Part shown: positions 1-10,575 of the stretch, in pieces
Layout: every line of letters begins with the position of its first letter
Numbering within the stretch: position 1 is the first letter of the stretch
From: an uncultured bacterium
Lineage (GTDB): Bacteria > Actinomycetota > Thermoleophilia > Solirubrobacterales > 70-9
Assembly (NCBI GenBank): GCA_963717635.1
Contig: OY970347.1
Coordinates: forward strand, 99,677-163,676
Direction of reading: 5' to 3'
Length of the DNA stretch: 64,000 nt
Notes under the pieces: generated by a model
What the model saw: only the letters and a program-made list of their open reading frames with translations
Database searches by the model: none
Told to the model about the DNA's origin: nothing
Translations under genes and position numbers: made by a program

Positions 1-847
<847 letters not shown>

Positions 848-858
848 GCTTCCCCCGA

Positions 859-2004
859 GTGAGGTTCAGGCGACGAGGTCGACCGGTTCGGCTCCTCTCG
901 ACGGGCAGCATCCCGCCGGAGATGGGTGGCAGCAAGAGAGGCGGCGTCGCCACCTTTCACGGAGCGTTGCTGGAGGAGCTCGCAAGCGACCCGCAGCACG
1001 GGATCGAGGTTGCCGGGGTGTTCGTTCTGCCGCCCGACGAGCTTGACCCGGAGAGGATCAGTGACTGTCCGGCGCCGCTGCTCGGGCGGATTCCACGGCA
1101 CCCCAATCGCCGGCACCCGCGCATGCTTCGCCGCGCGAACCCCGACGTGGTCCTCTTCAACCACGTGACCAATCGCAAGGTCGCGCGATGGGCGAAGCTC
1201 CACCGCAAACTGGCGCCGGCGGTGCCGGCCATCGGCGTCGTCCATTCCTGGCATCCGGTCACGCAGTTCGACAGCGACGGTGCTCGGCGACGCCTGGAGT
1301 TCGCGCAGCAGGGCATCGATGCGGTGCAGGCACTCTGCTTCGGCTCCTCGCATTGCCGGGCGGAGGGCGAGGATCTGGGCGCCGCCTATCCGCCGCTGGT
1401 CGAGGTGATCCACTATCCGCTGCAGCATGCGTATCTGGCCCCCGCGGACGTCGTCGGGGTCCAGCGACGCGGGGTCGCCTACCTGGGTTCGCTGATCCCG
1501 CGCAAGAACGTGTCCGCGTTGATCGAGGCGATCGCAACGCGCCCTGGGCTGGAGCTCACCGTCGCCGGCGAAGGCGTCGACGAAGCGGAGTTGCGCGCGC
1601 TGGCGAGCCGTCTCGGAATAGCTGACCGAACGAGGTTCGTCCGCCACTTTCCGGTTGACGATCACGCTGGGCGGATGCGCGAGCTCCTGCTCGGCTCCGA
1701 GGTGCTCTGCCTCCCGAGCACGAGCGAGTCCTTCGGCCTCGTGATGATCGAAGCACTGGCCTGCGGCACCCCCGTCGTTGGGTTCGCACCCACCCTGGCC
1801 GAGATCGAGGACCGGATGGGGATGTCCTGCGGCGCCGGGCTGGCCACGGTCGGCCCGGCGGCGATCGCCGCCGGGATCGAGCGGGTCCTGGCCCGCGACT
1901 GGGATCGGGCCGAGCTGCGCCGGCGATGCCTACAGGCGTTCGCTCCCGGACCGGTCGCCGGGCGCTACGCGAAGCTGATCAGCGCTCTAGCGGGCGACCG
2001 ATAG
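859..2004 (+). CDS. GT4-family (GT-B) glycosyltransferase
   Basis: 381-aa ORF with GTG start 11 nt after the clpB stop. E-x7-E region 'SESFGLVMIEALACGTPVVGF' is typical of GT4. Confidence 0.8.
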   Translation: MRFRRRGRPVRLLSTGSIPPEMGGSKRGGVATFHGALLEELASDPQHGIEVAGVFVLPPDELDPERISDCPAPLLGRIPRHPNRRHPRMLRRANPDVVLFNHVTNRKVARWAKLHRKLAPAVPAIGVVHSWHPVTQFDSDGARRRLEFAQQGIDAVQALCFGSSHCRAEGEDLGAAYPPLVEVIHYPLQHAYLAPADVVGVQRRGVAYLGSLIPRKNVSALIEAIATRPGLELTVAGEGVDEAELRALASRLGIADRTRFVRHFPVDDHAGRMRELLLGSEVLCLPSTSESFGLVMIEALACGTPVVGFAPTLAEIEDRMGMSCGAGLATVGPAAIAAGIERVLARDWDRAELRRRCLQAFAPGPVAGRYAKLISALAGDR

Positions 2005-2047
2005 GCTGGTGGCAGGCGGGGGTGCGAGCCCAATCGAGAGGAGCGAG

Positions 2048-2329
2048 ATGCCGACTTACGTGATGTTGACCAACCTGACTTCGGACGGGGTCAGGACGCT
2101 GAAGTCGAACCCGGGACGCGTCCAGGAGGTGAACAAGGAGGTCGAGGCGCTCGGTGCGAAGGTCGTAGACCAATGGGCGACGCTGGGGCGATTCGACTTC
2201 ATCACCGTCGTCGAGGCTCCGGACCCGGAGACGATGGCCAAGGTTTCCGTCGAGCTCGGCTCGCGCGGAACGATGACCAGCGAAACGCTGGTTGCTGTGC
2301 CCACTGACGAGTTGGTCAAGAACATCTAG
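2048..2329 (+). CDS. GYD-domain protein
   Basis: 'MPTYVMLTNLTSDG...' with SD GAGAGGAG upstream of ATG 2048. Size and sequence pattern fit the GYD family. The longer ORF-track start (2009) was rejected. Confidence 0.7.
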   Translation: MPTYVMLTNLTSDGVRTLKSNPGRVQEVNKEVEALGAKVVDQWATLGRFDFITVVEAPDPETMAKVSVELGSRGTMTSETLVAVPTDELVKNI

Positions 2330-2359
2330 GCCGGAGCGGCGCCGAGGCAGGATGAGACC

Positions 2360-3640
2360 GTGAGGATCCTGATCGTCGGCGCCGGCGGGCGCGAGCATGC
2401 GATCGCTCGCGCCCTCGGCCGCTCGGACGAAGCGGGGGAGCTGCTCTGCGCCCCCGGCAACGCCGGGATCGCCGCGGATGCGCGCTGCCTCGAGATCGGG
2501 GCAGAGGATGTGGCCGCCCTGGTGAGCGCCGCGCGAAGCGAGGCGGTGGACCTGGTCGTAGTCGGGCCCGAGGCCCCGCTCGTGGCCGGCCTGGTCGACG
2601 CGCTGGCCGAGGCCGGAATCGCCGCCTTCGGGCCGAGCGGCGAGGCCGCTCGACTCGAGGGCTCGAAGGTCCACGCCAAGGAACTGATGGCGGCCGCCGG
2701 AGTGCCCACCGCCGCCCACGCGGTCCTGCGCGACCGCGACCAGGCCCTGGAGCACCTTGCCGCGGCCTCATGCCCGGCGGTGCTGAAGGCCGACGGTCTC
2801 GCGGCGGGCAAGGGCGTGATCATGTGCGCGACCGAGAGCGATGCGCGTGCGGCGCTCGACGTGTTCTTCACCGAACGGCGCTTCGGGCAGACGGAGGTTG
2901 TCTGGGAAGAGCACCTGGAGGGCGAGGAGCTCTCGCTGCTGGCGCTCTGCGACGGCACGAACGTGCTGCCCCTGGCTCCGGCCCAGGACTACAAGCGGAT
3001 CTTCGACGGCGACCAGGGCCCGAACACGGGCGGGATGGGCAGCTATTCGCCGGTCCCCGGCGTCGGGCCGGACCGCGTCGAGGAGATCGCCGACCTCGTC
3101 CACCGGCCGATCGTCGAGCTGATGGCGGGCCGGGGCACGCCGTTTCACGGCGTCCTCTACGCCGGGCTGATGATGACCGCGGCGGGGCCCAGGGTGCTCG
3201 AGTACAACGTCCGCTTCGGCGACCCGGAGACGCAGGCGGTGCTGCCCCGGCTCCGCTCCGACCTGGCGACGCTGTTCCTGGCGAGCCGGGAGCCGGGCGG
3301 GCTGGAAGGCGCCTCGGCGGAGTTCTCCGACGACTGGGCCGTGACCGTCGTGCTCGCCTCGGCCGGCTACCCGGCCTCGGCGTCGAAGGGCGACGTGATC
3401 TCGGGGCTCGACGAAGCAGGCGCCCTGGACGGGGTCGAGATCACGCACGCGGGAACCGCGCTGGACGGCGAGGGGCGGATCGTGACCGCCGGTGGGCGCG
3501 TGCTGGGCGTGACCGGGTTCGGCCGGGACGCCGGCCAGGCGCGCGACCGTGCCTATGAGGCCGCCCGGATAATCAGCTTCGAAGGCATGCAGATGCGCGA
3601 GGACATCGCGCGGCGCGCGGTCGAGCGCGTCGCGGGCTAG
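2360..3640 (+). CDS. purD: Phosphoribosylamine-glycine ligase
   Basis: 426 aa. 'MRILIVGAGGREHAIA', 'PGNAGIA', ATP-grasp core, 'RFGDPE'. Confidence 0.95.
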   Translation: MRILIVGAGGREHAIARALGRSDEAGELLCAPGNAGIAADARCLEIGAEDVAALVSAARSEAVDLVVVGPEAPLVAGLVDALAEAGIAAFGPSGEAARLEGSKVHAKELMAAAGVPTAAHAVLRDRDQALEHLAAASCPAVLKADGLAAGKGVIMCATESDARAALDVFFTERRFGQTEVVWEEHLEGEELSLLALCDGTNVLPLAPAQDYKRIFDGDQGPNTGGMGSYSPVPGVGPDRVEEIADLVHRPIVELMAGRGTPFHGVLYAGLMMTAAGPRVLEYNVRFGDPETQAVLPRLRSDLATLFLASREPGGLEGASAEFSDDWAVTVVLASAGYPASASKGDVISGLDEAGALDGVEITHAGTALDGEGRIVTAGGRVLGVTGFGRDAGQARDRAYEAARIISFEGMQMREDIARRAVERVAG

Positions 3641-3646
3641 TTTCCG

Positions 3647-4189
3647 GTGCCAACCCGAAAGGAAGACGAAGACCCGATGGAGAAAGCGGAGCCCGAAGGG
3701 GCGCCAAAGCCGGAGGCCGATACCTCTACCGAGACCGCGATCGTCGATCCGATGCCCGAGGTCGAGGCCGCGTTCGAGGAGATCGAGGTCGACGCACCCC
3801 GGGTCGGGATCATCATGGGCTCGAAGAGCGACAAGCCGAAGATGCAACCCGCGGGCAAGGCGCTCCAGGATGCCGGCATCCGCTACGAGGTCCGCGTGAT
3901 GAGCGCGCACCGGGATCCGGAGAAGGTTCGTGAGTACTGCCACGCCGCGCGCATGCGGGGCATCAAGGTCCTGATCGCCGGCGCCGGCATGTCGGCCGCG
4001 CTGCCGGGCGTCGCCGCGGCCCACACTGATCTGCCGGTGATCGGGGTGCCGATATCCGGCAAGAACCTGGGCGGCATGGACGCGCTGCTCTCCGCGGTGC
4101 AGATGCCGCCCGGCGTGCCGGTCGGCTGCGTGGCGATCGACGGGGCGAAGAACGCCGGACTGCTCGCTGCCAGAATCATCAACGCGTGA
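3647..4189 (+). CDS. purE: N5-carboxyaminoimidazole ribonucleotide mutase
   Basis: 'VGIIMGSKSD' and 'AGMSAALPGVAAAHTDLPVIGVP'. GTG 3647 gives a ~50-aa acidic N-terminal extension; ATG 3677 is an alternative start. Confidence 0.9.
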   Translation: MPTRKEDEDPMEKAEPEGAPKPEADTSTETAIVDPMPEVEAAFEEIEVDAPRVGIIMGSKSDKPKMQPAGKALQDAGIRYEVRVMSAHRDPEKVREYCHAARMRGIKVLIAGAGMSAALPGVAAAHTDLPVIGVPISGKNLGGMDALLSAVQMPPGVPVGCVAIDGAKNAGLLAARIINA

Positions 4190-5466
4190 TCCCGAGATAC
4201 ACCCGGGAGGAAATCGGTGCGGTCTGGACCGACCGGCGCCGGATGGAGGGCTGGCTCGCGGTCGAGCTGGCCGCCACCGACGCCTGGGCGGCGGCAGGGG
4301 TCGTGCCCGCCGAGGCGGCCGCGGCCTGCCGCGAGCGCGCTGCCTTCGACGTCGGGGCCGTCGCGGAGCGGGAGCGGACGACCAACCACGACGTGGCGGC
4401 GTTCATCGACGTGGTCGCCGCCTCGATCGGGGAGGAGGGGCGCTGGATCCACTACGGGCTCACCTCGTCCGACGTGCTGGACACCGCGCTCGCGCTTCAG
4501 ATCCGCTCCGCCGGCGAGATCCTGATCGCAGGGGCGCGCGCATACCGCGACGCCCTGCGCGACCGGGCGCTGGAGCACGCCGAGACCCTGTGCGTCGGGC
4601 GCACGCACGGCATCCATGCCGAGCCGACCACCTTCGGCCTGCGCCTCGCGAGCTTCGCGTTCGAGGCGGACCGAAATGCCGGGCGCCTCGAGGAGGCGTT
4701 CGAGGCGGCGGTCGTGGGCGCGATCTCCGGGGCGGTCGGCACCTACGCGTCGGTCCCACCGCGGATCGAACAGCGGGTCTGCGAGGCGCTCGGAATCCGC
4801 GCCGAGGACGCTTCCACCCAGGTCGTGCCGCGCGACCGGCACGCCCAGCTGCTTGGCGCGATCGCGCTGGCCGGAGCGGGGCTCGAGCGGTTCGCAACGG
4901 AGGTCCGCAACCTCCAGCGAACCGAGATCCGGGAGGTCGAGGAGCCGTTCGGCAAGGGCCAGAAGGGCTCGTCGGCGATGCCTCACAAGCGCAACCCGAT
5001 CACCTCCGAGCGGATCACCGGGCTCGCGCGCCTCCTGCGCGGGTACGCGCAGGTCGGGCTCGAGAACGTCGCGCTCTGGCACGAGCGCGACATCTCCCAT
5101 TCCGGAGCCGAGCGGGTGGTCCTGCCCGACGCGACGATCACGCTCGACTACATGCAGCATCTGGCGACGCGGGTCGCGCGGGAGATGAGCGTGAACGACG
5201 ACCGGATGCGGGCGAACCTCGACCTCACCCACGGCGCGATCTTCAGCCAGCGCGCGCTGACCGCCCTGGTCGAAGCGGGAACCAGCCGCGACGACGCATA
5301 CCGGCTGGTGCAGGAGGCGGCCCAGGCCGCATGGGACACGGGCATGCCGTTTCGCGAGCTGCTTGCAACCGCAGCTCCGGATCTGGATCTCGACGTTGTC
5401 TTGGATTTCCAGGCGTACCTCGAGCACGTGCCCGAGGTGATCGCCCGCCTCGAGGCCATCGGTTGA
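4186..5466 (+). CDS. purB: Adenylosuccinate lyase
   Basis: 426 aa. GTGA overlap with the purE stop. 'GSSAMPHKRNP' lyase signature. Confidence 0.95.
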   Translation: MIPRYTREEIGAVWTDRRRMEGWLAVELAATDAWAAAGVVPAEAAAACRERAAFDVGAVAERERTTNHDVAAFIDVVAASIGEEGRWIHYGLTSSDVLDTALALQIRSAGEILIAGARAYRDALRDRALEHAETLCVGRTHGIHAEPTTFGLRLASFAFEADRNAGRLEEAFEAAVVGAISGAVGTYASVPPRIEQRVCEALGIRAEDASTQVVPRDRHAQLLGAIALAGAGLERFATEVRNLQRTEIREVEEPFGKGQKGSSAMPHKRNPITSERITGLARLLRGYAQVGLENVALWHERDISHSGAERVVLPDATITLDYMQHLATRVAREMSVNDDRMRANLDLTHGAIFSQRALTALVEAGTSRDDAYRLVQEAAQAAWDTGMPFRELLATAAPDLDLDVVLDFQAYLEHVPEVIARLEAIG

Positions 5467-6806
5467 GACTCCCCTCGCGCGCATCCCTGCACGAGCACCG
5501 CGCCGCAACCCAGGAATGGCTGACCGAGTTCAACCGCGGCCGCGCGGGCGACGACCTCGCCTGGATCGGCCTGCCCACTCTTGCCGCGATGTTGCAGAAC
5601 CGGGGCCTCGAACCGATCGCGGCCCGGCCCCTGGAGCCGGAACGCCGGGCTTCCTTGCTCGAGCGAAGCCACCCCGCCGCGGTCGGCGGATGGAGCGCCG
5701 CCGGGGACCTGCTCCTGCTCGCCCAGACGGAGAATCAGCGCCGTGTCCTGATCCCGATCGCGGAGCGTGTGGGGCCGGTCGAACCCGTGCCGGAGCACCA
5801 GCCCACGCCGGAACTCGACCGGGATCTTGCCGCCAGGGCGATCGAGCTCGCCGATGACCTCGTCGCGAACGCGCGGGAGGCGTCGATTCAGCTGCCGGCG
5901 GAACCCATCGTCCTCTATAGGACGATGCTCCGGGCGGCTCGCGCGCTCGTCGCCTGCGGAGCGATGCTCGAGGCCGTGCAACCTAAGGGCGTCGTGGTCG
6001 CCACGGCGCACAGCAACGCACCGCGCGCACTGGCTCTCGCCGCCCGTCGTGGCGGCGTGCCCTCCGCCTACGTCCCGCACGCGCCGCTGATCGCAAACCT
6101 GCGACTCGCCGACCTGCCCGTGGACGTCGCCGCGCTTCGCGGGCCGCTGGAGCTCGAGCGTTACGTCGCAGCCGGCGCGAGCGGGGACGGCCTGGTCGCG
6201 ATCGGCAACCCGGCGGCTCCACCCCCCGCAAGCGTCTCGACCCGGGTCGGCGCCGAGGGGTTGCCGGCATTCGCCCTCCCGACCGACGATGACTGGGAGC
6301 TGGAGCGGCTGGTTGATCTGGTTCACGCCGCGCTCGGTGACCGGGTGATCGCATCGCCGCACCCGAGGGCGGATCGCAAGCGACTCGCCGAGCTGCTGCC
6401 CGCCGGTTGGGCGGTCTGGGACGGTGCCACCGCGGAGCTTCTGGCAACGGGAGTCCCGGCGTTGATCCAAGCTTCGAGCGGCGCCGGCCTGGAAGCGCTC
6501 CAGCTCGGCACCCCGCTGATCGACCTCCGGTTCCCCGGCACCGCGCCGAACTATCCGTATCTGGCCGACCCGCTCATTCCGTCCGTCGCCACGGCCGTCG
6601 ACCTGAGCGCTGCGGTGGCGACCGCAGTCGAGGCGCCGCCCGAGCGGCGAGCGGAGCTTCGGGGGCTGGCGCAGGGTTGGGTCGTCGCCGGCGGCGATCA
6701 GGCGGCGAAGGCCGGGGCGGCCGCACTGGAGCGGTCGATTGCGGCGGGGCCGCGCGGGGCGGCCATCTGGGACTCGTGGAGCGCCCCCGCAGGTTCAGCG
6801 CGGTAG
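5463..6806 (+). CDS. Hypothetical protein, possibly a GT-B-fold or capsule-biosynthesis-like enzyme
   Basis: Only the 3' part of the 738-aa track ORF is free of purB. TTG at 5463 overlaps the purB TGA. High GC3 coding-like frame. No motif I can name. Context is a glycan cluster. Confidence 0.45.
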   Translation: MRLPSRASLHEHRAATQEWLTEFNRGRAGDDLAWIGLPTLAAMLQNRGLEPIAARPLEPERRASLLERSHPAAVGGWSAAGDLLLLAQTENQRRVLIPIAERVGPVEPVPEHQPTPELDRDLAARAIELADDLVANAREASIQLPAEPIVLYRTMLRAARALVACGAMLEAVQPKGVVVATAHSNAPRALALAARRGGVPSAYVPHAPLIANLRLADLPVDVAALRGPLELERYVAAGASGDGLVAIGNPAAPPPASVSTRVGAEGLPAFALPTDDDWELERLVDLVHAALGDRVIASPHPRADRKRLAELLPAGWAVWDGATAELLATGVPALIQASSGAGLEALQLGTPLIDLRFPGTAPNYPYLADPLIPSVATAVDLSAAVATAVEAPPERRAELRGLAQGWVVAGGDQAAKAGAAALERSIAAGPRGAAIWDSWSAPAGSAR

Positions 6807-7829
6807 CTGCTCGACCGTTTCGCGCATCACCGGCCAGGTCTCCTCGATCTCCTCGACCGCACGTGCGGTCGCGGCGAAGTCCGCACCCTCCTCGCGGGCC
6901 AGGGCTTTGTCGAGTGACTTGGCCAGGCCGGGAGCACCTGCCCGGAGCCGATGAGGATCATTCAGCGTCACGGCCTGGCCCTCGCCCCGCCCATCCTCGG
7001 CCACGAGCAGCGAGGGGCGGCGGAAGCTGAGCATCGCGAGGTGGGCGTGGACCCGGTAGCCCACGTGCAGATCGGCGTCGCGATACGAATCGACAAGGTC
7101 GCCCTCACCGCTCGCGTCGACCACGCGGTACCCCAGCGCCCGGGCGGCCGTCGCGGTCGCGCGGCGCTCCACCGTGGACGTCTCCGCAGCGACCTCCTTG
7201 CGCTTTCGCATGCCCCTGTGAAACACGCACCAGCGCTCGGCGTCGGGATGGCGGGCGCGAAGCACGCGCATCAAGGCAACCGCCTCGCGCAGTCCGCCCG
7301 GCCTTCGCTTTGCCGGCGGGGTGAAGATCACGCGGTCGATCGCAGAGGGCGGTTCGAAGGGCTGTCCGAGCGAATCCAGGTCGTACCAGGCGACGCAGCC
7401 CGTGCGTCGCACGTCGCCGACCGCGATGCTCTCGAGGAGCGCCAGCGAGAGATCGTCGCGGACCCCGCTCCAGCCGATCCGCGAGTGGATCTCGCGCAGG
7501 GCCTTCACGCTGCGCTCGGTGAAGAAGCGCTCGGGTCGCGAGGCGTAGACCCCGGACCAGCCGAGTGCCAGCGGCAAAACCGGCGTCGGATGCTCTTCGA
7601 GGCGCCGCACGAGCGGGAAGATCCGTGGGTAGAAGCTGGGCGCGAGGCCCGGGCCGCCGCACAGAACCACGGCGTCCGCTCGGTCGAACAGCCCTTCCTC
7701 GACCCGCTCCCAGCGCGGATGAACGGCAAGCTCGTGTTCGGGGAGGAGGTGTCGCAGGATCGCGAGGCCGCGGTCCCGAATCAGAAAGTCTCCGGCGTTT
7801 GCCTTGGCGCCATGCAGGACAAGGATCAC
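6795..7829 (-). CDS. Polysaccharide pyruvyl transferase family protein
   Basis: The 'VILVLHGAKANAGDFLI...VVLCGGPG' N-x-GD region is typical of the pyruvyl transferase family. GTG 7829 overlaps the TGA of the upstream NeuB-like gene (GTGA). Confidence 0.7.
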   Translation of the reverse strand: MILVLHGAKANAGDFLIRDRGLAILRHLLPEHELAVHPRWERVEEGLFDRADAVVLCGGPGLAPSFYPRIFPLVRRLEEHPTPVLPLALGWSGVYASRPERFFTERSVKALREIHSRIGWSGVRDDLSLALLESIAVGDVRRTGCVAWYDLDSLGQPFEPPSAIDRVIFTPPAKRRPGGLREAVALMRVLRARHPDAERWCVFHRGMRKRKEVAAETSTVERRATATAARALGYRVVDASGEGDLVDSYRDADLHVGYRVHAHLAMLSFRRPSLLVAEDGRGEGQAVTLNDPHRLRAGAPGLAKSLDKALAREEGADFAATARAVEEIEETWPVMRETVEQLPR

Positions 7830-8914
7830 GCCTGCTCGAGATCCTCCGCGGCGAGGATCGCGCCGCGGCGCAGCTCGCGGCGCGTGCGGCGGCCCACCAC
7901 GCGCTCGAGCTCGAACGGCGCCAACCCGGTCCCGGGGCGCTTGAAGCCGAGGTCCTCGGCGCTCAGCACGGCACCCGCCTCGACGTCGCGCTCGAGGACG
8001 ATCGATCGGCGTGCGCTCAGCCGCGCCGGCCGCTCGGACTCCCGCACGCCGATCCATGACTCGCCGCGCAGCCGCGCCCCGCGCTCGCAGGAGCGGACCA
8101 GCTCGGCCAGCTCCGGCGGATCGACGCTGATCGCGTGATCGGGTACGTCGGGCAGCGACTTGTCGAGCGTGTAGTGCTTCTCGATGCAGACGCCGCCCAA
8201 CGCCGCGGTCAGCCAGCCGCCCTCAGGCCCGAGGGTATGGTCGGAGAACCCGCAGAGATACGGCTCGAACTCGGAGCGGAACGTCTCGAGCCGGGCGAAG
8301 TGCGCATCCTCGTCGGGGGTCGGGTAGGTGAGCGTGCAGGCCAGGAGCACCAGCCGGTCGGGCCCCAGGCCGGTCCACTCGACGGCTCGGCTGACCTCCT
8401 GCGCCGTGGCCGCGCCGGTTGACAGCAGCATCGGCTTGCCGGTCTGCGCGACGGCCTCAATCAGCGGCCGATGGGTCAGATCGCCGCTGGCGACCTTGTA
8501 GATCGGTACGTCGATCGCCTCCAGGGCCTCGATCGCCGCAAGGTCGAACGGGGTTGCGAAGAACGCGATGCCGAGCTCCCGGCAGGCGGCGGCGACCTCC
8601 CCGTAGTCGGCGTAGTTCAGCCGGTCGGAGCGCTGAAACGCCTGGTGCTGGGTCTCGGTTCCAAGCTGGTCCCCCCAGTACTTCGGAGAATCCGGGACGC
8701 TGATCGAGTCGGCCTTGTAGAGCTGAAACTTGACCGCCCAGGCACCCGCCGCGGCCGCTTGCCGAGCGAGCTCGATCGCACGCTCGACCGAATTGTTGTG
8801 ATTGACCCCCGCCTCGGCGATCACGCGGCAGGCCCCTTCGCGGAGCGGCTCGTGGCCGGCGACTTCGACCTCGGTCGGCATCAGCGCAAGGCTACGCGCT
8901 CGCGCATGCTCCAT
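7826..8914 (-). CDS. NeuB/SpsE/PseI-family nonulosonic (sialic-type) acid synthase with C-terminal SAF domain
   Basis: 'VIAEAGVNHNNS...AVKFQLYK', 'YKVASGDLTH', 'SDHT'. C-terminal SAF-like 'IVLERDVEAGAVLSAEDLGFKRPGTG'. Confidence 0.85.
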   Translation of the reverse strand: MEHARARSLALMPTEVEVAGHEPLREGACRVIAEAGVNHNNSVERAIELARQAAAAGAWAVKFQLYKADSISVPDSPKYWGDQLGTETQHQAFQRSDRLNYADYGEVAAACRELGIAFFATPFDLAAIEALEAIDVPIYKVASGDLTHRPLIEAVAQTGKPMLLSTGAATAQEVSRAVEWTGLGPDRLVLLACTLTYPTPDEDAHFARLETFRSEFEPYLCGFSDHTLGPEGGWLTAALGGVCIEKHYTLDKSLPDVPDHAISVDPPELAELVRSCERGARLRGESWIGVRESERPARLSARRSIVLERDVEAGAVLSAEDLGFKRPGTGLAPFELERVVGRRTRRELRRGAILAAEDLEQA

Positions 8915-8916
8915 CT

Positions 8917-10542
8917 CTAGATTCCCAGCAGCAGAGCCCGGATCCGGTGCGCGATCCGGGCTGCTCCCAGCCCGTCGATCGAGGCCCGCAGCCGCCCGCT
9001 CAGCTCCCGTCGCAGCTCGGCGTCGCCCAGCAGCCGTTCGACCGTCTGGACGATGTACTCGTCCTCCGCCAGGGATCCGATGCCCAGGAAGACGACGCCC
9101 GACTCATAGCCCAGGTGCGCATGGGTCGCCTCGCGGGCGTTCGCGGCGAGGACGACCACCGGAGTCCCGGTCGCCGCCGCCTCGTACACCGTGCGACCGG
9201 CGGACGTGATCGCCAGGTCGGCCGCCATCAGCTCCTCGGCCATGCTCACCTGCTCCGAGGCGACATCGACCACCTCCGGGAAACCCTCGCGCGAGCCGGC
9301 CGGGCCGGTGACCACGCGGACCTCCTGGGAAAGCGCGCCCGCCAACAGGTTCGCGCAGCGCAGCGCGAGGCCGGCGGGGTCGGTCCCGCCGAAGGTGATC
9401 AGGACGCGTTTCGGATCCGCGCGGATCTCCTTCGGCGGCAGGTCGAAGAACTCCGAGCGCAGCGTCGCGTAGCGCGGCCCCCAGGCGGACCCCTCGCCGG
9501 CATCGTCGCCGATCGGGTAGAGCGCGTTGACCACCCAATCGGCGAACCGCGCGCCCGGGCCGAGGTCCTCGACGTTCACGACCTTGAACCCCAAGGCGCG
9601 CTCGGCCAGGATGTCCTGCTCCTCGGTGTCGAGGACGTCGTTCACGACGAGGTTCGGGCCTGGGCCCGAGAGCTCCCGAAGGTCAGCGCTCAGGTCGCGC
9701 TCCTCACGCCACCGATAGCCGTACCGGTCGAGCAGCTCGGGGACGAACTCGTCACAGTCGCGAAGCAGGAACCGCAGTTCGTGGTCCGCAAGCTCGTCGG
9801 CGAGTTGCAGGCAGTGGTGCAGGTGGCCGCTGCCGACCTTTCGGTTCGCCTCCACCCTGAACACGACGGAGCCCCTGGCCAGGCTCATCCGCGCGGCGAT
9901 CAGGTCCTCGGCAGTGTCGATGTCGAGGCCCTCCTCGACTTCGACCTCGAACGGCAGGTGCTGGTCGGAGACGATCCGCCGGCTCGCCCGCAGCCCGCTC
10001 GCCCGCGCAAGCTGGATCCCGCCCGTTTCGCGCAGGACCGGGTGCTGGGCGAACTGCCGGTTGACCCGCTCGCCGAACAGCGGCCGGGCGCCGGCCGCGG
10101 GTTCGCCTTCCTCGAGCCAGAAGTAGTGGGGCTCGCGGATCACCGAAGCCAGCGACGCGGCATCGCTGGCGACGAAGTGCTGCACCGCGCGGCGGATCGT
10201 GTCGGCGCGCAGCAGCGGCGAGGTCGGCTGGAAGACCCCGACGATGCCCTCCCAATCAAGCTCGTCCGCAACGTGCGCCGCCAGATCGGAGATCGTCGCC
10301 TCCGGGCCCGCCAGCTTTGCCGGCCGGGGCTCGACCTGGAAGCCGTGGAGAGCGGCCCAGCGGAGGATCTCGGTGTCGTCGCTCGACAGCAGGAGGCGCT
10401 CGGCGACCCCGGCCTCCGCGACCGCCCTCAGCGTGTGCGCGATTAGCGGCCGCCCCGCGAGCGAGCGCATGTTCTTGCGCGGCACCCCACGACTGCCGCC
10501 GCGCGCCGGCACGATCGCCAGCAGCTCGTTATCTCCGGCCAT
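8917..10542 (-). CDS. Fusion protein: N-terminal CMP-sugar cytidylyltransferase (NeuA/PseF/SpsF-like) and C-terminal PseG/SpsG-like UDP-sugar hydrolase (MurG-like GT-B)
   Basis: N-terminus 'LAIVPARGGSRGVPRKNMR..LAGRPLI' is a cytidylyltransferase motif. From ~aa 225, 'FRVEANRKVGSGHLHHCLQLADEL' and 'ITFGGTDPAG...AITSAGRTVYEAAATGTPVV' are PseG/GT28-C-like. Confidence 0.75.
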   Translation of the reverse strand: MAGDNELLAIVPARGGSRGVPRKNMRSLAGRPLIAHTLRAVAEAGVAERLLLSSDDTEILRWAALHGFQVEPRPAKLAGPEATISDLAAHVADELDWEGIVGVFQPTSPLLRADTIRRAVQHFVASDAASLASVIREPHYFWLEEGEPAAGARPLFGERVNRQFAQHPVLRETGGIQLARASGLRASRRIVSDQHLPFEVEVEEGLDIDTAEDLIAARMSLARGSVVFRVEANRKVGSGHLHHCLQLADELADHELRFLLRDCDEFVPELLDRYGYRWREERDLSADLRELSGPGPNLVVNDVLDTEEQDILAERALGFKVVNVEDLGPGARFADWVVNALYPIGDDAGEGSAWGPRYATLRSEFFDLPPKEIRADPKRVLITFGGTDPAGLALRCANLLAGALSQEVRVVTGPAGSREGFPEVVDVASEQVSMAEELMAADLAITSAGRTVYEAAATGTPVVVLAANAREATHAHLGYESGVVFLGIGSLAEDEYIVQTVERLLGDAELRRELSGRLRASIDGLGAARIAHRIRALLLGI

Positions 10543-10575
10543 CGCCGGCGCAGTCTGACAGGACGTGCCTGGAGC

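Noticed and set aside
4590-5462. N-terminal 291 codons of the 738-aa + strand ORF (4590..6806)
   Set aside because: This part lies entirely inside purB in another frame and is Arg/Gly/Pro-rich, typical of off-frame high-GC translation. Only the part after the purB stop (from TTG 5463) was kept.
3883-5508. 541-aa - strand ORF
   Set aside because: It is antisense to purE and purB and has no motifs.
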